This document shows, piece by piece, positions 16,149-26,349 of a stretch of DNA of 64,000 bases (its first letter is position 1; the number at the start of each line of letters is the position of its first letter). The position numbers and the translations under genes were made by a program. The stretch comes from a virus: IMG/VR virus record IMGVR_UViG_3300031521_000009; one strand, given 5' to 3'. The notes below the pieces were generated by a model that worked only from the letters and a program-made list of their open reading frames with translations, was not told the origin of the DNA and did not search any database.

Positions 16149-16465
16149 CTACAACCTATGATGAGTTCTTAGATAAGCTTTATGTTCTTTGTCCTATTGG
16201 TAATGCTGAGGTAATATACCAGGTTATGCTTACCATATTGAATAAACCACTTCCTACTAAAGAATTGTTGACATTTGAATTACTATGCAAGCGATTCAAA
16301 GATTATCAGAACTTCATTAAGCCGTTCAATGCCGGCGAGAAACAGTTCATCAAAAAAGACAAAGAAGAGAAAGAACTTGGAGCATATATTCAATTGGAAA
16401 TGTACAAGAATGATTACAGTAAACAACACAACGATCCTAATGATTTTTATTTATTTGGAGTATGA
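16130..16465 (+). CDS. Hypothetical protein (possible replication accessory)
   Basis: 111 aa, coupled to the helicase gene. Confidence 0.6.
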   Translation: MSTHSVTTTYDEFLDKLYVLCPIGNAEVIYQVMLTILNKPLPTKELLTFELLCKRFKDYQNFIKPFNAGEKQFIKKDKEEKELGAYIQLEMYKNDYSKQHNDPNDFYLFGV

Positions 16466-17856
16466 AAGATAAACCTATTGATTTATTTAACCAACCTAAA
16501 GTAGTAAAACCAAAGAAAGAAAAGAAACCAAAGAAGTCAGCTGACCGGGACCCGAATGTTACTCTCAATAAAGAACAAGAAGAAGCCATTCAGCTATTAC
16601 GAGCTTTTTTGAAATCTGATACTGATTTTGATTTTACTATTGAAGGTAAAGGAGGAACCGGAAAATCCTTTCTGATTCAAGAGTTATTTAAACGCAAGAA
16701 ACAGAACTCAGATGAATGGTATGTTCCGAATACCGTAATTGGTGTATGTGTTACTCACATGGCACGTATCAACCTTATGAAGTCAATACCGAATACTACT
16801 ACTTATGCTTCTGCAGCTAATCTTACAGCAATGTATGATCCTAATGGAACATTGTATTTTGTAGAAAAGTATGGTGGTAGTCAGTTTTCGGAACTTATGG
16901 GATATAAGTACATCGTAGTAGATGAATGCTCTATGTTCTCAAAAGGTATGATTGCTATGCTTCGTAAGTGTTGCTCTAAAACAGCTAAGATTATATGGCT
17001 CGGTGATTCTAATCAGTTGCCACCAATTGAAGCTGATGGAGATAATGATAGTCCTACTTTTGATTTCAAGAACAAGTATCGACTTACCATTAAAATGCGT
17101 CAAGAGAATGAAGATCATATAGCAATTCTTGGTGACGAAATTTGTGAACATATTGCCGGTGATAAAGATGTTTCTTTCCTTTCTACTATGACTCAGCAAT
17201 GGGATGCAGTAAAAGGTAAAGGATATTCAATTACAACCATGGACAAAGCCATAGACAGCTATGTAAAGAACTTTCAGGCTGGAATGGATATTCGTATCAC
17301 TGCATACAGAAACAAGCGTATAATCGAACACAATAAAGTAATTCGGAATATGCTTTGGGTGGAGAACTCAAATGAAATGTATGTTCCCGGCGAACTTATT
17401 GTTATGAATGAACAGTATGCACCACACATGAATATTATCGCGTACAATGGACAATCATTCCGTATTCAAAATCTACATATTGAAATGGTAGAGTTTGTTG
17501 AATGTTTTGTCATATCAGTTCCAAAAGTTGGAAGAAAACCTAAATCAAAAGAGACAGTGCAATTGCTTGTTCCTACTGAAAATGGTTATCCTCTTTACAA
17601 AAACCATTTGGATAAGCTGAAACGTACTGCGATAAAAACGCATGAATGGTCCGAACATCAAGCTTTCAAAGGAAAGTTTGCCAATATATCGTATGGCTAT
17701 GCTATGAATAACTATAAGATACAAGGTAGTACCATAAAGGGATGCTATGTAGATTTAAGTGATATCATGAGTGTAAAGCCTATATCAAACAAACGTAAGT
17801 TACAAGCTTTTTATGTCGGAGTAAGTAGGCCGACTTCATTTTTAGCAATATTTTAA
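16462..17856 (+). CDS. Dda/RecD-like SF1B DNA helicase
   Basis: GKGGTGKS, VVDECSM, GDSNQLPPI, KMRQ, YAMNNYKIQGST, YVGVSRP. Confidence 0.92.
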   Translation: MKDKPIDLFNQPKVVKPKKEKKPKKSADRDPNVTLNKEQEEAIQLLRAFLKSDTDFDFTIEGKGGTGKSFLIQELFKRKKQNSDEWYVPNTVIGVCVTHMARINLMKSIPNTTTYASAANLTAMYDPNGTLYFVEKYGGSQFSELMGYKYIVVDECSMFSKGMIAMLRKCCSKTAKIIWLGDSNQLPPIEADGDNDSPTFDFKNKYRLTIKMRQENEDHIAILGDEICEHIAGDKDVSFLSTMTQQWDAVKGKGYSITTMDKAIDSYVKNFQAGMDIRITAYRNKRIIEHNKVIRNMLWVENSNEMYVPGELIVMNEQYAPHMNIIAYNGQSFRIQNLHIEMVEFVECFVISVPKVGRKPKSKETVQLLVPTENGYPLYKNHLDKLKRTAIKTHEWSEHQAFKGKFANISYGYAMNNYKIQGSTIKGCYVDLSDIMSVKPISNKRKLQAFYVGVSRPTSFLAIF

Positions 17857-17859
17857 ATT

Positions 17860-18015
17860 ATGATAATATCAATATTTGATTACAACATCAGTGGTATTCC
17901 ACCAGTTGTCGGCCCTATTGATTACCAACCTCATATGCAAGGTCATATTCATTTCGAAGAACGTAAGTTTCCGATAAGTGATATTACTCTTGAATTTATT
18001 TATGTAGGATTTTAA
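17860..18015 (+). CDS. Small hypothetical protein (51 aa)
   Basis: Manual ORF MIISIFDYNISG... fills the gap exactly. Confidence 0.55.
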   Translation: MIISIFDYNISGIPPVVGPIDYQPHMQGHIHFEERKFPISDITLEFIYVGF

Positions 18016-18025
18016 AACAAATAAA

Positions 18026-18325
18026 ATGAAAAAATTAATTCATAGTCCAGCACCTTGGTATCCTATTCAATTTGCAGGAATATATATGCTTAATGATTCT
18101 GATAATTACGAATCAAAAGTATTATTATATTGTGATGAAGTAGGTGAAGATATTGCTGAAACAAATGCTATAATAGCATCTAAGGCACCAGATATGTATA
18201 AAGTATTATTTCAAGTAATACATCATGATGATAATGTAAAAGAATATTTTAGATTGCCTGATCCTGTAAGAGAAATAATTGATAATATTTTAAAAGATAT
18301 TGAAACATTAAAAACAAAAACATAA
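18026..18325 (+). CDS. Conserved phage protein (HTPGPW...ANA..AAAP family)
   Basis: HSPAPW and TNAIIASKAPDMY. Confidence 0.7.
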   Translation: MKKLIHSPAPWYPIQFAGIYMLNDSDNYESKVLLYCDEVGEDIAETNAIIASKAPDMYKVLFQVIHHDDNVKEYFRLPDPVREIIDNILKDIETLKTKT

Positions 18326-18577
18326 ATGATTAAAATTGGACTAAAAGCAAATGCTCAATGGTCTTTTGAAGCAATGAATGGCAATACGCTTGGTGGTGAA
18401 ACTGATACTTCACGACAATTTAGTAGTATTATGCATCTTAGTCCGGAACAGTTCTTTGATTATAAAGAACTTCTTGACCAACATGGATTTGATAGTATTA
18501 AGTCACTGACTGAGCTTACAGAGAATCAAAAAACTGAGTATAAATGTGACTATATATGTCATGTAATTAAAAAGTAA
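18326..18577 (+). CDS. Hypothetical protein
   Basis: 83 aa, tightly packed. Confidence 0.65.
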   Translation: MIKIGLKANAQWSFEAMNGNTLGGETDTSRQFSSIMHLSPEQFFDYKELLDQHGFDSIKSLTELTENQKTEYKCDYICHVIKK

Positions 18578-19075
18578 ATGGCAAAAATTTGTAAACACGA
18601 AACATGTACGTTTCCAATATTCTCTCACAACTATTGTCGTAACCATCAACACCTACGTACTGATGATAAAGCACAAAAAGTAAGAACAGCAATAACTACT
18701 TCTATTAATACAAAGAGTAAAGCTATAAAGCCTAAGTTTCGGCAGCCGACTGGTGAACTTGAATTATTCAAAGAAGTATGGAACGAACGCCCACATGTTT
18801 CAGAACTTAGTGGTGATAAACTATACTTCTTTGATATCAATAATTTCCACCATTTGCTTACTAAGAAAACGTATGAGCAATTTCGGTTGTATAAACCAAA
18901 TATCATTCTTCTTACAAAAGGTGAACACTTTCAAATACATAATGTAGCTCAAAGTGTGCTTGTATCACAAGATAGTAGATGGCAGAAAGTATTTGAGAAA
19001 TATCAACAACTAAAAGAGAATTACAACTATGGCCGAGAAACGGAATTACAACAGAAAACCACCATTACCGGCTAA
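18578..19075 (+). CDS. HNH/NinG-like nuclease-fold protein
   Basis: N-terminal C..C..C..H; NFHHLLTK...NIILLTKGEHFQIH. Confidence 0.65.
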   Translation: MAKICKHETCTFPIFSHNYCRNHQHLRTDDKAQKVRTAITTSINTKSKAIKPKFRQPTGELELFKEVWNERPHVSELSGDKLYFFDINNFHHLLTKKTYEQFRLYKPNIILLTKGEHFQIHNVAQSVLVSQDSRWQKVFEKYQQLKENYNYGRETELQQKTTITG

Positions 19076-20534
19076 TGATTTTGGTAAACTCCCACCACAA
19101 GATATTGAATTTGAAAAAGCAATTCTTTCAACAGTCATTAATTATCCTGATAGTTTGGGTTTTGTGCTTTCTATTATTAAACCTCAATGTCTTTATAAAG
19201 TAACACATCAAAAGATACTAGAAACATTAATGGGAATGTCTGAACAGGAGGTTCCCATTGATAATACTACTCTTGTGCATGCTTTACGTAAGAATGAAAT
19301 GATTGATGATGTAGGTGGTCCATATGCAATAATAGTACTTGCCGGTGAACCTCATTCACAACAAAACTTGGAATACTATTGCTATGTGATATTTGAAATG
19401 TATGTTCGACGTACTATGATTGAACTGTTCTCAAATGAAATCAATAACTTATACAAATACGATGTAGATATTAAAGAAATCTATGAACGTGTTTATGAAG
19501 AGTTAGAAAAGATATTTGAGAACTTCAATGATAAACAGATTAAGCACATGAAGAACTCAGTTGATAAGGCTATCAATGAAATTCAGAACTACTCAAGTGG
19601 TAAAGATATTTCATACCTTAGAACTGGGTTTAAATTGCTTGATGAACATGTATATCTTGCTCCAAAGTTTATCCTTGGTATAGCAGCATCACGTGGTGCC
19701 GGTAAGACTAGATTTCTTATTGAACTTATGCGTTCGATATTTGAAATCAATCCGGAAGATGTAGCTGCTCTATGGTATTCAATGGAAGATAGCGATACAA
19801 AGATCATTAGACTGTTCGCTGCAAAGAAAACAGGACTTACTGAGGCACAAATGCAAGGTAAAGGGTACAAACTATCCAATGACGAATTAAAGTCCGTTAC
19901 AGGAGAGATAAACAAGTTTTCTAAGTATGATATAGATTTTGTAAATGAGCAAGAAACAATGTCAACCATATCACGTACTTTCAATCGATTCATAAAGAAA
20001 AGAGAAAAGAAAGTATGTTTTCTGATTATTGACAATATCATGCTTATTGATGATTTGTATAACAGCCCAGCCGGTTCCAACCAAATTCAAATTGAAGATA
20101 AGGTTGCGGCCAGCATTCGCGCTATCGTAAACAATGCCGATAAGAAAGGACATAAAGCTATTGTGATATTCTTGCACCACATGACAAAGGAAATGGAGAG
20201 TAAGAATAATTTCGAAGAAGCCTATCGTCCTAAGCTTAGTCACATGAAAGGAACCACTCGTTTTGCTGATGTTGCCAATGGTATTATTCTATTGAATAAC
20301 CCGGGCATGCATAAAGATCTTATCAAAAAGCATTCTTCTCTTCCGGATATCAATTGTATCAATTCAAATGGTACTTCTATGTTTGTAAAAAGAGAAAAGC
20401 TTTTAAAGAATATGCTTATTGCTGAGGTAGCAAAGAATAGAGATGGTGATATGTCTGACGACTCTAAAGCTATCCAACGATGGATAGTTGATTTCGGTAC
20501 TATGAAGTTTAATGAATTAAATACTCAAAAATAA
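19029..20534 (+). CDS. dnaB: Replicative DNA helicase DnaB-like
   Basis: GKLPPQDIEFEKAIL N-terminus, Walker A AASRGAGKT, YSMED, IIDNIML, AKNRDG. Confidence 0.92.
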   Translation: MAEKRNYNRKPPLPANDFGKLPPQDIEFEKAILSTVINYPDSLGFVLSIIKPQCLYKVTHQKILETLMGMSEQEVPIDNTTLVHALRKNEMIDDVGGPYAIIVLAGEPHSQQNLEYYCYVIFEMYVRRTMIELFSNEINNLYKYDVDIKEIYERVYEELEKIFENFNDKQIKHMKNSVDKAINEIQNYSSGKDISYLRTGFKLLDEHVYLAPKFILGIAASRGAGKTRFLIELMRSIFEINPEDVAALWYSMEDSDTKIIRLFAAKKTGLTEAQMQGKGYKLSNDELKSVTGEINKFSKYDIDFVNEQETMSTISRTFNRFIKKREKKVCFLIIDNIMLIDDLYNSPAGSNQIQIEDKVAASIRAIVNNADKKGHKAIVIFLHHMTKEMESKNNFEEAYRPKLSHMKGTTRFADVANGIILLNNPGMHKDLIKKHSSLPDINCINSNGTSMFVKREKLLKNMLIAEVAKNRDGDMSDDSKAIQRWIVDFGTMKFNELNTQK

Positions 20535-20731
20535 TGGAAGAAGAAAAATTAGGACAAAAACCAATTTGTCCATCATTAGGATATGGTCTTGGAATGTCTC
20601 AAAGATTATTTATTGCTACAATGGCAATGCAAGGATTTCTTAGAGGTGATGATACTTTAATACATTCAGAAGATGTTGCAAAATTATCATTTGAATATGC
20701 AGATGCTCTTTTAAGACAAGAAAATGAGTAA
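20534..20731 (+). CDS. Conserved small phage protein
   Basis: GMSQRLFIATMAMQG...YADALL. Confidence 0.75.
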   Translation: MEEEKLGQKPICPSLGYGLGMSQRLFIATMAMQGFLRGDDTLIHSEDVAKLSFEYADALLRQENE

Positions 20732-20942
20732 GATTGATGGTAATGTACCAAAACGTTTTCCTAATACTAAAAAGGATTACGTAAAGTATCTGAATGAGCT
20801 TGGTGAATCTCTCGGGGATGATGAATTTATCATTGCCGGCATAATGCGAAAGAGAAGAGATAACTATGGATAACTATTAAAAGACAATGATCCGGTTGCT
20901 TTCAACCTTGGTTACAATGAATGGAAATTAAATCAAAAATAA
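20724..20942 (+). pseudogene. Small phage gene interrupted by in-frame TAA
   Basis: MSKIDG...DNYG*LLKDNDPVAFNLGYNEWKLNQK; stop at 20871-20873. Confidence 0.6.
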
Positions 20943-20946
20943 ATAA

Positions 20947-21138
20947 ATGGAAAACGCGTATAAAATTGTAGTAAGCAAAGTGTATTACATATCTCATGAA
21001 GAAGCACGTCAACGTAAAGCAAATGATGAAACAGAACGTGAATGTGCAAAACGTCTTGCTCTACGTAATATGGAAGAAGATGGACGTAATGGGTTCCTAG
21101 AGCCTTGTGAAGATAATTTTCAAGTTCATATAATATGA
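20947..21138 (+). CDS. Hypothetical protein
   Basis: 63-aa packed ORF. Confidence 0.65.
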   Translation: MENAYKIVVSKVYYISHEEARQRKANDETERECAKRLALRNMEEDGRNGFLEPCEDNFQVHII

Positions 21139-21380
21139 ATAATGCAATAGAAATTAATTATTCTCTTTTTAAAGATGGATTGGGAATGGATGAAATTAGA
21201 AATATGTTTTATTCATATTGGGAATCAAACACATTTCAAAATGATGCAGTATCAAAAGGACTTCTAGAATTTACAAAAGGAAGTAAATTTATTCAAATTA
21301 AAAATGAATCAAATGAAACTGTAAAAAGTATCTTAGTTGATAGTAATACAGGTTCAATAATAAAAATAAATCATGAGTAA
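21135..21380 (+). CDS. Hypothetical protein
   Basis: 81-aa packed ORF. Confidence 0.65.
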   Translation: MNNAIEINYSLFKDGLGMDEIRNMFYSYWESNTFQNDAVSKGLLEFTKGSKFIQIKNESNETVKSILVDSNTGSIIKINHE

Positions 21381-22266
21381 AATATTCGATTTTAAATCAA
21401 ACAATGTTCAAGAAATGGAACTTGATGTTCTAAAACAAACATATCATGAAAAAAACTTCGATGGTAAACCCTCTTTCAATGGTATCTATCACTATGAACT
21501 TATTGAACGTATTGCTGCTATAATAGCAAAAAACAATATCAACTTCAATATTGAGTCAATCTTTGCCGCTAACAACAAAAAGGCCGGTCGTGATGGTGTA
21601 TCAGTATCAAAAGAATTAGAAGCTCAGTATGGAGATAATTCTATTCAAGCGCATGTTCTTCGTCGCGTATTTACTACTATCCGGATTAATGATTTGGAAG
21701 ATGATGAAACGAACACCGGTCTTGCAGTTGCATTTCACCAAGATGGAATTCAGATAGCTATTGGCCCTAACGTAAAGATTTGTCATAACCAATGTATTCT
21801 TGCAGCTGACAGAATGATTTCTACTTATGGTGGAGATGGCAAGATTAAAGACCTGGACAAAGTATTTCAAATCATTGATGATTGGATGCAGAACTTTACT
21901 GAGCAACGTTCACATGACCAAAAGGTAATATCGCGCATGAAAGCAATTGAAGTGTCTTACAACGATACTATGGCGCTTATTGGCCGGTTGAATACTATAC
22001 GTGTTGTAAAAGATTCTTCTGAAAAATCATTGAAGAAACTTGAAGCAAATGTAGGTAGAAATTATCCTCTTAATCAAACACAGATTTCAACATTTGTTGA
22101 GAACTATCTATTGGAATGTATTAAGCGTGATTCTACGAATATGAGTTTGTGGGATATCTACAATATCTCTACTGAATTGTATAAGCCCGGGCAAACTGAT
22201 TTTCCAAATATTATTGGACAGAACATTGCTTGGTCTGAGTTCTTAGTAAAAGAATATAATCTTTAA
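21373..22266 (+). CDS. DUF932-like protein
   Basis: IAIGPNVKICHNQ and SLWDIYNISTE motifs. Confidence 0.65.
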   Translation: MSKIFDFKSNNVQEMELDVLKQTYHEKNFDGKPSFNGIYHYELIERIAAIIAKNNINFNIESIFAANNKKAGRDGVSVSKELEAQYGDNSIQAHVLRRVFTTIRINDLEDDETNTGLAVAFHQDGIQIAIGPNVKICHNQCILAADRMISTYGGDGKIKDLDKVFQIIDDWMQNFTEQRSHDQKVISRMKAIEVSYNDTMALIGRLNTIRVVKDSSEKSLKKLEANVGRNYPLNQTQISTFVENYLLECIKRDSTNMSLWDIYNISTELYKPGQTDFPNIIGQNIAWSEFLVKEYNL

Positions 22267-22276
22267 AAATATCATT

Positions 22277-22735
22277 ATGGAATTTGTTGTAAAAATAGAA
22301 GATAATTGGATTGAAAATATTTATATTGTTGATGAAATAAAACATCAAATTATACAAAGTCTTTCAAAACAAATCACAGAAAATTTATTAGAAGGACATG
22401 TAAGATTAGTTGGTGAAATTGCAAGTAAAAAAGTTATTGAATCATTTGATGCAATGGCAAATAAAGCAACTGCTGATTTTATTGAAACTGGTAAATTAAA
22501 ATCAAGTAGAAGTTCGGCAATGATTAGTGTTGCAGAATATATTGCTGAAAAATTTGAGTATAATTCAAATTACAATAGTCAAAAAGAATTGATTGAAAAA
22601 CTTGCTAATAATTATTCTGTTGAAATGAAAAACAGATATGATATGATGTTTGCTTCTCAACTCGTTATAAAAATGAGTGAACAAGGTTTATTGAAAGAAG
22701 GAGTATTTGATTCATTGATGAAAAAGGATGAATAG
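22277..22735 (+). CDS. Hypothetical helical protein
   Basis: 152-aa ORF. Confidence 0.7.
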   Translation: MEFVVKIEDNWIENIYIVDEIKHQIIQSLSKQITENLLEGHVRLVGEIASKKVIESFDAMANKATADFIETGKLKSSRSSAMISVAEYIAEKFEYNSNYNSQKELIEKLANNYSVEMKNRYDMMFASQLVIKMSEQGLLKEGVFDSLMKKDE

Positions 22736-23342
22736 CATGAAAGACGTAAATATTGAAAATGCTTTTGTAGTATTGAAAGGTAATCACATGTCAAATGACA
22801 TTGAGCTTGGTAGTATCTTTCTCGAATGTAAATGCGAACGGTTCAAATTGAAAGTTCTTTCTTATGAACGTAAATTTAAAGATGGGAATACTATTTTTGA
22901 ACTCGATATTGAAAATCCACATGATTTCAAAATGGCTGTATTTATCAATAATGAAGTGTCATTGAGTTATTGGACAAAGAAACGTTCTGATGTGTTTATC
23001 ATTGGTATGATGCCAGTTATCTTAGCTGATGGAACAATTCGATATTTTGTATTCAATCAGTTTGCAGAAGAAAAATTGTACATTGCTCCAGGTAATCATT
23101 TAGGAATGGAACTAACAGTAGTAAAATACAAAAGTTGTACTGCTACATTTGGTGAAGGACCTGGTTGGGCGACTATCTACAGTATCGATAGCCATCAAGA
23201 AGGACAAGGACATGCTCAGGAACTACTTATTCAAGCAAAAGCGTATTATTCCTTACTTGATAAAGAAATGGCTTCTACAGTAGCTTTAAACCCTACTGTG
23301 GAGCATATCTTGGAAAAACTTTCTATTAAAGAATACAAATAA
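22728..23342 (+). CDS. Two-domain protein with C-terminal GNAT-like acetyltransferase
   Basis: IYSIDSHQEGQGHAQELL (acetyl-CoA motif A) and ALNPTVEHILEKL. Confidence 0.6.
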   Translation: MNSMKDVNIENAFVVLKGNHMSNDIELGSIFLECKCERFKLKVLSYERKFKDGNTIFELDIENPHDFKMAVFINNEVSLSYWTKKRSDVFIIGMMPVILADGTIRYFVFNQFAEEKLYIAPGNHLGMELTVVKYKSCTATFGEGPGWATIYSIDSHQEGQGHAQELLIQAKAYYSLLDKEMASTVALNPTVEHILEKLSIKEYK

Positions 23343-23353
23343 TTAGCGAATTG

Positions 23354-23483
23354 TTTGGTAAACTTATAGAATTGTCTTTTCTTTGCAGTGTTCAATCGGA
23401 GTGACTATCGAATGAACATTCGGTAGTACCCTTTTGATACACTTAAGACCCCGAAGGAATGTCACTCCCTTTCGGGGTTTTTT
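23354..23483 (+). promoter_or_regulatory. Promoter plus structured leader/attenuator with complementary loops
   Basis: TTTG-N20-TTTCTTTG; GGAGTGAC in hairpin 1 is complementary to GTCACTCC in the terminator loop; stem ACCCCGAAGG/CTTTCGGGGT plus T run. Confidence 0.75.
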
Positions 23484-23497
23484 GCGTTTAATAATTA

Positions 23498-24283
23498 ATG
23501 AATATGCGTACAATAAAATTATCTATATCACAAGCTAAATTGGCAGTACAATCTAAGAGTAGATTGGAAGCTTTAGCATTTGCTATTCAGATAAAAGGTA
23601 TGTATGTTTCATCTTGTCTAATGGATTGCTCTTCTAGTGATAAAAGTATAAAATACTCTAAGCTAAAAGAGCAATTTCATTTAGGACATGACAAGATTAA
23701 GAGAATAATAAAAAATGGTATTGAATATAAATATATTCGATTTGAAAATGGAAAATTAATAGCTAATAAAATGTATTCTGAAAAAGAATTAATTATTCGT
23801 CTTGATTTCAATTCAAAAGAATCTCTTTATAACAATAATCAGATAAAATCTCTTATTCAAAAAACAGTTATTATTGACCATATCAATAAAATTTCATTTA
23901 TCAATGATACAATATATACGGTGAAGAATTGTAAAGTTTCTTATAAACAAAGAAAAACAGCAATGAAAAAATTATATAAGTATGCAGTGAATATTCCAAA
24001 TGAATTAATAGGATTGAGTTATGATAGCATTTCTAAAATTGCAAATGTAAATAAAAACAAAGCCATTTTTTATATCAAAGAGTTAGTGAGTAAAAATGTA
24101 ATAAATAAGTCAGTAAATCTTATTTTTACTGGTATTAAAGCTAAATCAAAAGATAAATCAATTCAAATTGAATATAAGAAAAATGGTAATAGTGGCTATT
24201 TAAGAAAAATAAATTATATGTATTACATACAAAGCAGTAATATATATTCTATATCCAATTTTAGTTTAATTAAGTATGCATGA
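23498..24283 (+). CDS. Putative replication initiator / winged-helix DNA-binding protein
   Basis: Very basic; two HTH-like segments (YSKLKEQFHLGHDKIKRII, LSYDSISKIANVNKNKAIFYIKEL). Confidence 0.5.
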   Translation: MNMRTIKLSISQAKLAVQSKSRLEALAFAIQIKGMYVSSCLMDCSSSDKSIKYSKLKEQFHLGHDKIKRIIKNGIEYKYIRFENGKLIANKMYSEKELIIRLDFNSKESLYNNNQIKSLIQKTVIIDHINKISFINDTIYTVKNCKVSYKQRKTAMKKLYKYAVNIPNELIGLSYDSISKIANVNKNKAIFYIKELVSKNVINKSVNLIFTGIKAKSKDKSIQIEYKKNGNSGYLRKINYMYYIQSSNIYSISNFSLIKYA

Positions 24284-24327
24284 TTTCTTCACCCAAATAT
24301 ATGTGTAATAAAATAGGAGAGTAATAT

Positions 24328-24648
24328 ATGTCAATGAATAAAGAATTAATTGATAAATATGTTTTCAATTCAATTAAATATGGTTCTAAAGCAGAACAAC
24401 TTTTATTGAGTAAATTAATGATGTCTAATATTGATTTTAAATATAAATATAAAGTGCCTAATGATATAACTTATTACATGGCAAATTTTTATATTCCACA
24501 TAAAAATATAATTATCAATATTAGTCTTTCTATAAATGTCAAACAAGCAGAAATTGTCAAAGATGATTTTTGTAAAAGCAAAGGTTTTAAAGTCATTCGT
24601 ATTTTAGAATCAAACATTTCCTCATTTGATATTTCCTCTGTGCTATAA
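24328..24648 (+). CDS. DUF559/Vsr-like endonuclease fold, probably inactive
   Basis: SKAEQLL, YMANFY, IIINIS, KDDFCKSKGFKVIRI. Confidence 0.65.
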   Translation: MSMNKELIDKYVFNSIKYGSKAEQLLLSKLMMSNIDFKYKYKVPNDITYYMANFYIPHKNIIINISLSINVKQAEIVKDDFCKSKGFKVIRILESNISSFDISSVL

Positions 24649-24678
24649 CTGCACAAACAAATCTATATTTATTTTATT

Positions 24679-26349
24679 ATGAATGAAATTGTTCAAATTC
24701 CATTAGTGTATATTGTTGCGTCCAAGTTAAACCCTCGGAAAACAATAAACCAAGACTCTATAATTGAGTTATCACAAAGTATTAAATCAGTAGGGTTGTT
24801 GCAGCCTATTACTGTACGTAAAATTGAAGAAGATGATTATCCAACAAATGATGTTTATGAAGTAATCATGGGTTATCGTCGTTATTGTGCATGTAGTCAT
24901 CTTGGAATGACAACAATGCCATGTATCATTGTAGAAATGGATGATGAAGAAGTACTGGATGCAATGATCATTGAGAACTTACAACGCCAGGATATCGAAC
25001 CTATGGATGAAGCGCGGGCATTTGCTAACCTCAATAACAAAGGTTGGACTGGTGAAGATATTGCTGTAAAGGTTGGTAAGCCGGTTCTATTTGTAATGCA
25101 TAGAATACGCTTGCTTGAGCTTATTGCTGAGTTTGTAAAAATGTTTGATGAAAATGAATTATCCATTTCTCATGCTTATGAATTATGTAAGCTTGACAAA
25201 GATATTCAGTTAGATATTTACAAAACTCGTTATAGCGAAGAAGCCAGTGATTACTATCGGTGGAATGATCTTAATCTAAAAGATTTAAAATCGAAAATAC
25301 AAAATCTTGCAAAGAACTTAGACAATGCTTCTTTTAGCTTGGCTGAGTGTATTACTTGTCAGTTTTGTACTTCTATCCATGGTTCTTTATTCCCGGACTA
25401 CAAAATCAATTCTTGTACTAATAGCTTCTGTTATGATGATAAAATCTTTGAACATCGTATGAACAATATTATTCTTGCACATGAAGAAGATACTACTATT
25501 ATGATTCGTTCATTAGGTACAAGTAATCGGGTTCTTGATAAGCTGAAAGAATTGCATATACCAGTTGTAGTGTTTAGTACCGAAGAATACGATTTTGAGC
25601 ATGATAAGAGCGATGATCTATCCTTTCATGATAAAATGGTCAAGAAAGGATTTGAAGCTGTTTACGGGCTTGATACATGGTCTGGTGGTGATAAGATGTT
25701 TTATATAAAAGCAAAGATTACCAAAAAAGATATTGCTGCTGCAGGAACAGTTCATCCGGAACTTATAAAGCTTGACAAAGACCTTGTTCGTAAAGAGGAA
25801 ATCAAAGAGGAAAAGATTAATGCTGATCTTAGAAGTCTTATTTCCGGTAGTAACTATCGTGAGATAAGTACACCACTACTTCCTATTGAAGAAACTGCTT
25901 TTATGGCTGTCATATTCTATATGGCTTCTAACAGTAAATTAAAAGAGATAAGAACAAAATTCAAGAAAGATTTGTCTTACATGGAAAACATACAAAACAT
26001 GTTACCCGAGGATATTATTACATTGAAACGCTGCTTTATCAAACAATGTATTGTTGGAACAGAAGTAACTCATGATGCAGATGTACAGAATATCCTTTCA
26101 AACATTTCTAATGTCTTTTACTCAGATAAGTTTGGGGAGATTGTCGAAGAACATACGGCTACATGTAACAAACGTAAGGATCGTATTGCTATTCGTAAAC
26201 AAGTCATTCTTGATGAATTGAATCCAGTAAAGAAAGAACTTGTTGAAAAGAAAACAGTATCATTAGCTGATGCTGATGCACAGGTACCTTATATCCCTAA
26301 GCAAAAAGAAGAAAATGAATATGTCAAATTTGGTAACATTGGAGAATAA
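24679..26349 (+). CDS. parB: ParB/Spo0J-family protein (long, PRTRC ParB-like)
   Basis: NPRK, SIKSVGLLQPITVR, GYRRY, IENLQRQDIEPMDEA, HTH. Confidence 0.88.
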   Translation: MNEIVQIPLVYIVASKLNPRKTINQDSIIELSQSIKSVGLLQPITVRKIEEDDYPTNDVYEVIMGYRRYCACSHLGMTTMPCIIVEMDDEEVLDAMIIENLQRQDIEPMDEARAFANLNNKGWTGEDIAVKVGKPVLFVMHRIRLLELIAEFVKMFDENELSISHAYELCKLDKDIQLDIYKTRYSEEASDYYRWNDLNLKDLKSKIQNLAKNLDNASFSLAECITCQFCTSIHGSLFPDYKINSCTNSFCYDDKIFEHRMNNIILAHEEDTTIMIRSLGTSNRVLDKLKELHIPVVVFSTEEYDFEHDKSDDLSFHDKMVKKGFEAVYGLDTWSGGDKMFYIKAKITKKDIAAAGTVHPELIKLDKDLVRKEEIKEEKINADLRSLISGSNYREISTPLLPIEETAFMAVIFYMASNSKLKEIRTKFKKDLSYMENIQNMLPEDIITLKRCFIKQCIVGTEVTHDADVQNILSNISNVFYSDKFGEIVEEHTATCNKRKDRIAIRKQVILDELNPVKKELVEKKTVSLADADAQVPYIPKQKEENEYVKFGNIGE

